Assembly: GCA_963698035.1 (NCBI GenBank)
Contig: OY969114.1
Coordinates: forward strand, 570,001-602,000
Origin: Candidatus Saccharimonadota bacterium
GTDB taxonomy: Archaea; Micrarchaeota; Micrarchaeia; Micrarchaeales; Micrarchaeaceae
Direction of reading: 5' to 3'
Length of the DNA stretch: 32,000 nucleotides
This document shows, piece after piece, positions 1-7,375 of the stretch. The notes beneath the pieces were generated by a model. The model saw only the letters and a list, made by a program, of their open reading frames with translations, was not told the DNA's origin and did no database searches. Made by a program: the position numbers and the translations under genes. Numbering within the stretch: position 1 is the stretch's first letter; every line of letters begins with the position of its first letter.

Positions 1-1069
1 AGACAAACAGAACCGCGCAGAACACAAGAAGGAACTCTAGCGATACTGGATGTATGAGTGGCATGAGGCCTGTCAGGAGGCCGAGAAATGCCAGCGAAGC
101 AAGCGACTTAGTTTCAAGCTTTTTCTTGATGGTGCCAGGTTCGAGGAACAGCATGTAAAGAGCAGAGATTATGACCAGCGCATAAGGGAAGCCGAGCAGA
201 TAGTCATTCTGGATCACAAGATTCCCCTCAAATGGGTCTGTGAAGTTGAAGTAGGAAGAAGTTAGGAGACCACTGAAGTTTTGCTTACCCATGCTCTGTA
301 TCAGTGTTGCTGGCATATTTGACGGCCCCCAGTTAAAATAATACCAGATGACGAAGTTGAAGCCCAAGCTGAAGAACAGGAACATCAATATTGCGACAGC
401 CGATATTTTGTAGTTTTTGCATAGAAGGGTTAGGAAAAACATGAGCATACCTGCAAGCGAGAACCACAACAAGAATTTCATCGCATTGAATGCCCAGACT
501 ATGCTGAAGCCGTTATAGAACAGGATTGCAGAGTAAAAGTCCGTTATGAAGGGAAAAACAGTTTTGGCACCATAGGAATAGGGATAAACCGGGGGAAAAC
601 CCGTGTATATCAGCGACTGCCCGTAACCGAGATGGGCTAAAAGGTCCCCGCCGTAGTTTGAGCTCGCCAATACGGTGCCGTTCGCGCTATAGCTGAGGGC
701 AAATGCCTGGAAAATAATCAGCATTGCAGCCAGCGCAAATATGCATGCATGGAGGCCTTTGCTTTTGCGTATCTCCGAGACAAACCCCTTTATGCTGAAT
801 GGGTTGCTCTTCGACCTATTCAGCAGACAGTACGAAAGGAGCGCCTCAATCACTACAACAATCACGAGCGTCCAATCGAGGAAAACGCCGTTTATCACCT
901 CTAGGGCCAGCACCATGTAAGCAGAAATCGCAAACCCGATCGGTATTCCGGCAGCGTACTGGAATATCCTCTTGTTTAAAAATCTGGAAAGGAAAAAGTT
1001 TACCAGGACTATGCCGAACACTATGCTGGCAACATAGAAAGCGATCCCCAGTAGTGGCGTAAGTAACAT
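1..1069 (-). CDS. Polytopic membrane protein, N-terminal 356 codons; the C-terminus lies beyond the left edge. Family unassigned, possibly a GT-C-like glycosyltransferase.
   Basis: Absent from the ORF track because it has no stop inside the window. The start ATG is the complement of 1067-1069. I walked every + strand triplet of that frame (triplets starting at positions 2 mod 3) down to position 2 and found no tta/cta/tca. The translation MLLTPLLGIAFYVASIVFGIVLVNFFLSRF... has many hydrophobic spans and an aromatic-rich loop (YGGDLLAHLGYGQSLIYTGFPPVYPYSYG). Confidence 0.7.
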   Translation of the reverse strand, partial: MLLTPLLGIAFYVASIVFGIVLVNFFLSRFLNKRIFQYAAGIPIGFAISAYMVLALEVINGVFLDWTLVIVVVIEALLSYCLLNRSKSNPFSIKGFVSEIRKSKGLHACIFALAAMLIIFQAFALSYSANGTVLASSNYGGDLLAHLGYGQSLIYTGFPPVYPYSYGAKTVFPFITDFYSAILFYNGFSIVWAFNAMKFLLWFSLAGMLMFFLTLLCKNYKISAVAILMFLFFSLGFNFVIWYYFNWGPSNMPATLIQSMGKQNFSGLLTSSYFNFTDPFEGNLVIQNDYLLGFPYALVIISALYMLFLEPGTIKKKLETKSLASLAFLGLLTGLMPLIHPVSLEFLLVFCAVLFV

Positions 1070-1130
1070 AATCTTCCTTTCGGGATAAATTAAATACGCA
1101 GTATTATAATTGTTGTTTTTAATTAGGATG

Positions 1131-1162
1131 CGCCCTTGCCGATCAGCCCGCTTGAAGCGGAC
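1131..1162 (-). repeat. Degenerate copy of the 3' end of tRNA-Arg (candidate distal att site of an integrated islet)
   Basis: The minus strand reads TCCGCTTCAAGCGGGCTGATCGGCAAGGGCG, a T-arm-like hairpin (CCGC TTCAA GCGG) followed by the acceptor 3' strand. The 11-nt stretch cgcccttgccg (1131-1141) is identical to 3597-3607 at the tRNA-Arg 3' end. Similarity continues past the tRNA end, giving 14 of 16 matching positions. Confidence 0.5.
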
Positions 1163-1301
1163 TGCACTTACAATACCAATTGATATCACTTGATGTTATT
1201 TAATATATATCATCAGATTTTTAGGTGGTTTTTATTCGTTTTGCTGTGTAGCTTTTATCGTGGGAGAAGGCTTAAATAACAGAGAAGGCGAAGATGGTGT
1301 G

Positions 1302-1766
1302 ATGGATATTAAAAATTGTGATATTTGCAGATATGCTAAGCTTGATAAACCACTATACCAGACAAGATACTGGAGGGTTGTAATAGCAACAGACGACCAA
1401 AAACTGCTAGGTAAATGCTATGTTTCATTGAAACGGCATTGCGAGAGTCTATCGCAGATAGAGCCAGCAGAGTGGAACGATTTAAGAAAGCTCATCAAAA
1501 AGCTAGAGACTTCGTTTAAGAAAACCTTTGGTGCTACAATGTTCAATTGGAATTGCTATATGAACGATGCTTATCAGGTAAAACCTTCGCACCCTCACAT
1601 ACATTGGCATTTCAGACCCAGATATAACCATAAAGTTACTTTTGCTGGAATGACTTTCTATGACAAAGATTTTGGTCATGCATCAGTTGGAGAGAAAAGA
1701 AAAGTATCAGAAAAGAATTTGGAACTAATCAGCAACAAAATAAAGATGGCGCTTCAATTAGATTAA
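1302..1766 (+). CDS. HIT (histidine triad) family nucleotide hydrolase/transferase
   Basis: The ORF track gives 1260..1766 with a GTG start. I prefer ATG 1302 (MDIKNCDICRY...). It carries the histidine-triad motif HPHIHWHF (HxHxHxx) and an N-terminal CxxC. The gene is visibly AT-rich. Confidence 0.8.
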   Translation: MDIKNCDICRYAKLDKPLYQTRYWRVVIATDDQKLLGKCYVSLKRHCESLSQIEPAEWNDLRKLIKKLETSFKKTFGATMFNWNCYMNDAYQVKPSHPHIHWHFRPRYNHKVTFAGMTFYDKDFGHASVGEKRKVSEKNLELISNKIKMALQLD

Positions 1767-1780
1767 TATGAGAGAGATTT

Positions 1781-2786
1781 ATGGAAAAACAACGCAATGG
1801 TTCTATATCTAATTCCAAAGTCGAGCTTGAGAAGAAAATAGTCGACCAAGAAGCACTTTATTTTTATTATATAAACGAATTACAGATTCCAAGAGGTCGG
1901 TATAAAGATAAGGAAGAAGCAGAGCGCAGAATGCCAAAGGAAGAAACGACTGTATTTAAAACTGGAAATAAGAAACTTATCTTTGTTGGTGGAGTGCATA
2001 CAATTGGAGATAATAACTTCACACAATTTCTTGGTGATCTTCTAGAAAAGGAAAAACCTAAGATTGTACTGGTGGAAGAACGTAGGAACAAGAACCCTAG
2101 CTCTAAGCTAGACCGCATTCGTGATAAAGAAAGATCTAAGTGGACAGAGGTAGACTGGATCTTTAATTGGGGTGCTGAACATCTCACACCTGTTCGAGGT
2201 ATGGATATAAGAACTAAAGATGAATTAATTCCATATATTAATCATTTTGGGAGCACAGAAGGAACAAAAATTGGTATATTTCAAACCGTGCTATTAGATT
2301 TTAAAAATCCGTATATTGCAGACCCAAATAAGAAACTATCACTTGAAGAATATTATGATCTGGCAGTCGAGTCTACCGAGCGTAGATTTAACAGTGGTAC
2401 TCTAAGACACTTTAAAGATAGGTTCATAGCGCTAAAAGAAATAGAAGAGTATAGAGATCTGTCAATAAAGGACTTTATAAAAGTCGTATTTGAAGAAGAA
2501 GCTAAGAAGTATGTAAGCAATGCTAACGTACTCGAAATACTTAATGATGATAAAGTAAAAGCGCCATATCCATTCGAAGACAAATACAAGACAAACAAAC
2601 TATGGGTTTTGTGGGGTGCTGCAAGGGATTCAGCAATGATAGAAGAAATGCGTTAAGAGTTTAAGAGATAAGGATGTGGTTGTGGCGATAGCTGGTTCAG
2701 GACATATACAAAAGCTCAGAAAGTACCTAACAAAGGCTTTAGAAGAAGAATTCGGAGAAGTTGATGTTTCTATAGGTGGGTTTTAA
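1781..2786 (+). pseudogene. TraB/GumN-family protein interrupted by a 1-nt frameshift near 2643-2653
   Basis: Frame A (1781..2656) ends ...WGAARDSAMIEEMR*. A second frame opens at 2643 and reads KKCVKSLRDKDVVVAIAGSGHIQKLRKYLTKALEEEFGEVDVSIGGF* (stop 2784-2786). The N-terminal LIFVGGVHTIG, the RD..M element and the C-terminal VVAIAGSGH match my recollection of the TraB/GumN pattern. The shift falls in the tract agaagaaatgcg. Confidence 0.55.
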
Positions 2787-2823
2787 TGGAGAGCCATAAA
2801 CTAGCAGATCAATATTGGAAGCT

Positions 2824-3477
2824 CTATCTAGGTTTTTCTACAAAGAGAACAGAGTAATTATTTGGTACTCTTTTTCCTTTGATATCACCTTGTGCGACTG
2901 TTGAGGGCAAATCTTCTAGATATTCAATTATCTTCCAACCACTTCTTTTATAAAATTCACTAAGCGCCGATTCGAATTCTAGCTTCTTTAGACCTTCTTT
3001 CCTTGGTATTGTTGAGAAATAAATCAAGAGATTACACCCTCCCCCTTTTGTCCTGGTCATTAGTCTCTTTATAAATGATTCTTTATCAGTTTCTGAAATA
3101 TGCTGTATTACAAAAGAGGATGTAACAATATTAAAAGCACCCATAACAGGTACTTCTCTTATATCTCCTATAATAAATTCTGCCTTTATAGATGCATCTG
3201 AAGCAAATTTCTTTGCTTTCGATATTGCTATATCGGAAAAATCGACACCTGTTACTCTATATCCATGCTTTGCTAAAAATATTAGATTCTGACCTTCCCC
3301 ACAGCCAACATCTAACACGTTTCTACCTCTACCTTCTCCAAGATGTTTAGTTATTAACTCAATATCTTTCCTATGCAAAGCTGACCATAACATCGGTTCT
3401 GACGAATATTGTCTATTATAATATTGCTGTGTGTCTACTTTATGTTTGTTAGCCTTTTGTTTTGACTGAGTTGGCAT
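2824..3477 (-). CDS. Class I SAM-dependent methyltransferase
   Basis: 217 aa. Motif I is VLDVGCGEGQN, followed by the acidic loop VTGVDFS and a Rossmann-type layout. The gene is AT-rich. Confidence 0.85.
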   Translation of the reverse strand: MPTQSKQKANKHKVDTQQYYNRQYSSEPMLWSALHRKDIELITKHLGEGRGRNVLDVGCGEGQNLIFLAKHGYRVTGVDFSDIAISKAKKFASDASIKAEFIIGDIREVPVMGAFNIVTSSFVIQHISETDKESFIKRLMTRTKGGGCNLLIYFSTIPRKEGLKKLEFESALSEFYKRSGWKIIEYLEDLPSTVAQGDIKGKRVPNNYSVLFVEKPR

Positions 3478-3596
3478 CGTTTACACTCTAAAAATTAGAA
3501 CTCAGGAATTATAAATAGCGATACGTTCCATTTATATAGCAAAGATAGGTACAAGAGATTTGAACACTTAGATCTTCGACGTGTTGCCGTCGAATC

Positions 3597-3670
3597 CGCC
3601 CTTGCCGGGATTTGAACCCGGATCACAAGCTCCGCAAGCTCGTGTTCTATCCAAGTTATACTACAAGGGC
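3597..3670 (-). tRNA. tRNA-Arg (anticodon GCG), no encoded CCA
   Basis: Hand fold of the reverse complement: acceptor GCCCTTG/CAAGGGC, anticodon arm CGAGC-TTGCGGA-GCTTG, T arm CCGGG-TTCAAAT-CCCGG, discriminator G. The D stem GTAT/GAAC has an A.A mismatch. Confidence 0.85.
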
Positions 3671-3715
3671 AATCAATAGGCTTTAATAGCTATCAACTTA
3701 TTAGTTTCTTATTAC

Positions 3716-4774
3716 TTGGCTTCAGTGCATGGAATGGCGCATACCTATCTGACTATATTAGTGCCTGCGGTAGTCGCTTTCATAATAACGCTTATCGCAA
3801 CCCGTTTCCTTATGGGCTACTTATACGAGTCGGGAGTCACCACGCCTGACCATAACAAGAGGAGCAAGCCAACCCTGCCATCCGGAGTCGGGCTTGCCGC
3901 TGCCATTGGATTCACTGTAGGCGCGCTGGTTTACGTGTTCGGCGGCAGCTTCGGGCTTTATATCCCCGTCGCCTCTTTAGAGTACCTACTTGCTACGATC
4001 CTTGCGGTCGTCCTGATATCTATAGTCGGCTTTCTTGATGATATAAACGTAAAGAGGGAGTTCGTCAAGAGCACCGACATGATGGACACCAGAAGGGGCC
4101 TCAAGCAATGGCAGAAGCCGTTGCTGACCCTGATGGGTGCCATTCCGCTGATGGCGATAAATGCCGGCGTGTCGGTTGTCAGGATACCATTTGTAGGTGC
4201 TGTCAACTTCGGCATAATCTACCCGCTTGTAATAATACCGCTGGCGGTCATCTTCGCGGCGAACGCGTTCAACCTTCTGGGCGGCTTTGACGGTATACTA
4301 ACCGGCACCGGAACGATACTGGTCTTCGGAATGGTGCTCTACAGCGCCTTTTTCGGAACCTATGTCGGGCTGCTTATCTCATCTCTCCTGTTCACAGCTA
4401 TGCTGGTCATGCTGATATTTAATCTTTATCCAGCCAAGATGGTGCCTGGCGACAGCTTTGCCTACTTTGGCGGCATAGGGATAGTGGCAGCAATGGTTCT
4501 CGGCAACATGGAGTCGTTCGGCCTAATAATATTCATACCCTTCATTATAGAGTTCCTCCTCCACCTGAGAAAGAAGTTCAAGGTGACCGATCTCGGCAAA
4601 CTGAGGGGCGACGGCACAATGGAACCACCATACGGCAAGAAGATCTACAGCTGGTGCCACCTTCTCATGAACATGAAGAGGTGCAAGGAGTGGGAGGTAT
4701 CGCTCTACATGTGGCTTATAGAAATAGGATTTATAGCGCTTGCCTTCGGCCTCAAGGCAGCATCGCTCCTTTGA
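3716..4774 (+). CDS. aglH: GT4-family polyprenyl-phosphate N-acetylhexosamine-1-phosphate transferase (AglH/WecA/MraY-like)
   Basis: Polytopic, with the FLDDINV Asp-Asp motif, NAFNLLGGFDG (the NxxNxxDGxDG type) and PGDSFAYFGG. The track start is TTG 3716; ATG 3731 is an alternative. Confidence 0.8.
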   Translation: MASVHGMAHTYLTILVPAVVAFIITLIATRFLMGYLYESGVTTPDHNKRSKPTLPSGVGLAAAIGFTVGALVYVFGGSFGLYIPVASLEYLLATILAVVLISIVGFLDDINVKREFVKSTDMMDTRRGLKQWQKPLLTLMGAIPLMAINAGVSVVRIPFVGAVNFGIIYPLVIIPLAVIFAANAFNLLGGFDGILTGTGTILVFGMVLYSAFFGTYVGLLISSLLFTAMLVMLIFNLYPAKMVPGDSFAYFGGIGIVAAMVLGNMESFGLIIFIPFIIEFLLHLRKKFKVTDLGKLRGDGTMEPPYGKKIYSWCHLLMNMKRCKEWEVSLYMWLIEIGFIALAFGLKAASLL

Positions 4775-5075
4775 GCATGTGATTCTGGTTCCTGTTTCTT
4801 ATTGGCACCCTTCTTCTTGCCCCGTTTAACACAATCTTCCTTTTTTTGGTCAGCCCGTTTGAAACAAGCTCGACGTCCGACCTGTGTATCATCCTTCTTC
4901 CCGCGTAATTGGCGTACACCTCTGCCTCTTCAACCAACTCCTTCACCGTGTCCTCCAGCTCCTTCTCAAGCGTCACAATTGCGCTCTCGCTTATCCTCTC
5001 GGAACCCGCCTCTTTAAGGAACTGTTCTATATCATAAAGACTGAATCCTCTTAATCCCAATAGATTACCCCACAC
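4752..5075 (-). CDS. Archaeal histone-fold protein with a basic C-terminal tail of about 35 aa
   Basis: FSLYDIEQFLKEAGSERISESAIVTLEKELEDTVKELVEEAEVYANYAGRRMIHRSDVEL aligns position by position with my recollection of HMfB ([56 protein letters not shown]). The tail reads KKRKIVLNGARRRVPIRNRNQNHMLKGAMLP. The start is GTG 5075; TTG 5060 is an alternative. Confidence 0.75.
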   Translation of the reverse strand: MWGNLLGLRGFSLYDIEQFLKEAGSERISESAIVTLEKELEDTVKELVEEAEVYANYAGRRMIHRSDVELVSNGLTKKRKIVLNGARRRVPIRNRNQNHMLKGAMLP

Positions 5076-5174
5076 CGTGGAATGGTATTATTAAGTAATC
5101 CTTTTAAAGCAATACTAATTGGGGCGATTAGTGGCATTCTCGGTGTATTTTCCAAACAAAATATCGATGGTTTT

Positions 5175-6035
5175 ATGATCAGATTCGGGTTCCATCTCTC
5201 CATCGCAGGCGGCGTCTCCAACGCCGCAATTACCGCCAAGAGGCACCATTACGGCACATTCCAGATATTCGTGAGCAACCCTCGTACCTGGAAGCACAGC
5301 GCTATAGATGAGAAAGAGGCCCTCCTCTTCAGCGAAATTATGAAGAAAACTGGCGCAATCCCGTTCGCCCATGTGCCATACCTGTGCAATCCCTCCTCTT
5401 CAAGCGAGGCGATGCTGAAGAAGAGCCTCAATATGCTTGTCAGCAACATGCAGAGCTGCGCGCTGCTCGGGATAAAGGGCCTTGTTGTTCACATGGGATC
5501 CCATCTGGGCAAGGGCGAGGAGCATGGCAGAAAGAAGATAACAGAAACGCTCGGCAAGGCGCTTGCCGCCGCGCCGGATGTGAGGATACTGCTTGAAAAT
5601 TCAGCCGGATACAGGAATAGCGTCGGCTCAAGCTTCGAAGAGACAGGCATGGTACTGGACAAATTTGACTCCGATGCTGTTGGAGTCTGCCTAGACACAT
5701 GCCATGCCTTTGCTGCAGGCTACGACCTCCGCACCAAGGAGAGCATAGACAAGGTATGCAATGAGTTCGAGGACAACATAGGCTTCAAGAGGCTCGGGCT
5801 GGTGCATCTCAATGATGCAAAATACGAACTCGGCAGCGGCCTCGATAGACACTGGCACATAGGCAAGGGCAATATAGGAATAAAGGGGTTCGCGGAGCTG
5901 CTTAGGAACAGGAACTTCCATGACAGGTGCTTTGTGATGGAGACCCCAATTAATTCAGAAGGCAATGAGACCACGAACATGGCAGCTGCAAAGAAGATAG
6001 CCGCGGCCGCGCTAGGGCGAGATTCTGTTTATTAG
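5175..6035 (+). CDS. nfo: Endonuclease IV (AP endonuclease, TIM-barrel Nfo family)
   Basis: Contains FGFHLSIAGG, PYLCNPSS, VVHMGSH, LLENSAG, CLDTCHAFAAGYD, VHLNDAK and DRHWHIGKGNIG. The track start 5082 adds 31 poorly supported residues that lie across the A/T-box region, so ATG 5175 is preferred. Confidence 0.9.
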   Translation: MIRFGFHLSIAGGVSNAAITAKRHHYGTFQIFVSNPRTWKHSAIDEKEALLFSEIMKKTGAIPFAHVPYLCNPSSSSEAMLKKSLNMLVSNMQSCALLGIKGLVVHMGSHLGKGEEHGRKKITETLGKALAAAPDVRILLENSAGYRNSVGSSFEETGMVLDKFDSDAVGVCLDTCHAFAAGYDLRTKESIDKVCNEFEDNIGFKRLGLVHLNDAKYELGSGLDRHWHIGKGNIGIKGFAELLRNRNFHDRCFVMETPINSEGNETTNMAAAKKIAAAALGRDSVY

Positions 6036-7328
6036 CCTTGGGAATGGTATTGCGTCCCTTATGTGATCAAGGTTGAGGAGCCATTTTATGAGCCTCTCCA
6101 TCCCCATTCCGAAGCCCGCATGCGGTATCGACCCGTATCTTCTCAAATCTATATACCAGCTGTAACTCTCCCTATCAAATTTCACGCCCTGCGCTTTCTC
6201 GACTTCAGCCATCCTGTTCAGGAGTTCATCAAGCTTCCAGACCCTCTCGCTGCTGCTCGTAAGCTCCCCATGGCCATGCGGCGCCTGCATGTCGGCAGCC
6301 ATCACCGTCTTATTATCTTTAGGGTTCATTGCGGCATAGAACGCCTTTAGTTCTTTCGGCCACGCATATATGAAAAGGGGTTTGTCCTCATCCTCTGTTA
6401 AAAGCCTCTCCTCCTCAACTCCAAAGTCATCGCCCCACTTCTTTGATGATCCCTTCTCCTTTATCAGCTCCAGCGCTTTCTCATAGGTTATCCTCTTGAA
6501 CGGCGGCTTTACCTTAAGAAGAGATTCCTGGCTCACCCCGAATGCCTCAATCAGCTCTTTCTCTTTCGCGAGCCTGGTCGCAATGCTGCTCACCAGCCTC
6601 TCCTGCAGCTGCATTATCTTTTTCAGATCATAATAGGCAGCCTCGGGTTCGAGATGCCAATACTCTGTGAGGTGCTTGTTCGTGCGAGACTTCTCCGCCC
6701 TGTATGATGGTGCAAACGAGTAAACTTTCTCAAGCGCCGGCACCATAGCCTCAGCATAGAGCTGGGATGACTCCGTAAGGTAGGCCTTCTGGTCGAAGTA
6801 TTGGACCTCGAACATGCTGGCTCCAGTCTCGCCGCCCGCTCTTGTTATCAAAGGCGGCGATATCTCAAAGAACCCCCTCTTGTCAAGGAACTCCCTCGCA
6901 TACCTGAAGATGTGGGCTCTCACCTTCATCACGTTGACCATCTTCTGGCTCCTCAGCCAGAGGTGCCTAACGTCAAGAAGGAACTCGGCGCTCTGGTACT
7001 CTGTTATCGGGAACTGCTCGCCGCTGTGGATTACCATGAGGTCGTCTACGTCAAGCTCGACCCCTCCAGGCGCTCTCTCATCCTTCCGTGCGACCCCCCT
7101 TACTATGATGCTGGACTCGAGATATGCCGAATCTATCTGGCTCCACTCCTTCTCCCCGACCTTCGCCTTGTCTATGACACACTGGATCGTTCCTGTTACG
7201 TCCCTTATTACCGCAAAGGCCTTCCCGCCGCTGCTCCTCTTCCTGTATATCCAGCCCCTTATCGTAACCGGCTTGCCTATTGTGCTCTGGGCCCTTGCTA
7301 TCGGCAGCGTTTTTGTAGAAATTTTCAT
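6012..7328 (-). CDS. asnS: Asparagine--tRNA ligase (class IIb aaRS)
   Basis: 438 aa with an N-terminal OB fold. The motifs KDERAPGG, YRAEKSRTNKHLTEYWHLEPEAAY, YIDLRRYGSIPHAGFGMGMERL and LDHIR match archaeal AsnRS better than AspRS. Confidence 0.85.
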   Translation of the reverse strand: MKISTKTLPIARAQSTIGKPVTIRGWIYRKRSSGGKAFAVIRDVTGTIQCVIDKAKVGEKEWSQIDSAYLESSIIVRGVARKDERAPGGVELDVDDLMVIHSGEQFPITEYQSAEFLLDVRHLWLRSQKMVNVMKVRAHIFRYAREFLDKRGFFEISPPLITRAGGETGASMFEVQYFDQKAYLTESSQLYAEAMVPALEKVYSFAPSYRAEKSRTNKHLTEYWHLEPEAAYYDLKKIMQLQERLVSSIATRLAKEKELIEAFGVSQESLLKVKPPFKRITYEKALELIKEKGSSKKWGDDFGVEEERLLTEDEDKPLFIYAWPKELKAFYAAMNPKDNKTVMAADMQAPHGHGELTSSSERVWKLDELLNRMAEVEKAQGVKFDRESYSWYIDLRRYGSIPHAGFGMGMERLIKWLLNLDHIRDAIPFPRLINRISP

Positions 7329-7375
7329 CCAACCACAGATACCTGCAATTTAAGCTTTTTATTCGTTCCCTACAG

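Noticed and set aside
50-1062. Track ORFs 50..265 (+) and 799..1062 (+)
   Set aside because: Both lie antisense inside the uninterrupted minus-strand membrane-protein ORF (1-1069). Their translations are low-complexity and basic, with no recognisable motif.
3541-3596. Possible second tRNA immediately downstream of tRNA-Arg (T-loop-like GTGTTCAAATCTC and a 7-bp hairpin)
   Set aside because: There is no complementary acceptor 5' strand and no D arm, the hairpin loop is 6 nt, and only about 55 nt are available. I treat it as a tRNA-derived or att-like remnant, not a gene.
5082-5174. N-terminal 31-aa extension of the endonuclease IV ORF
   Set aside because: It overlaps the A/T-box region shared with the divergent histone gene. 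The family's conserved core starts right after ATG 5175 (MIRFGFHLSIAGG).
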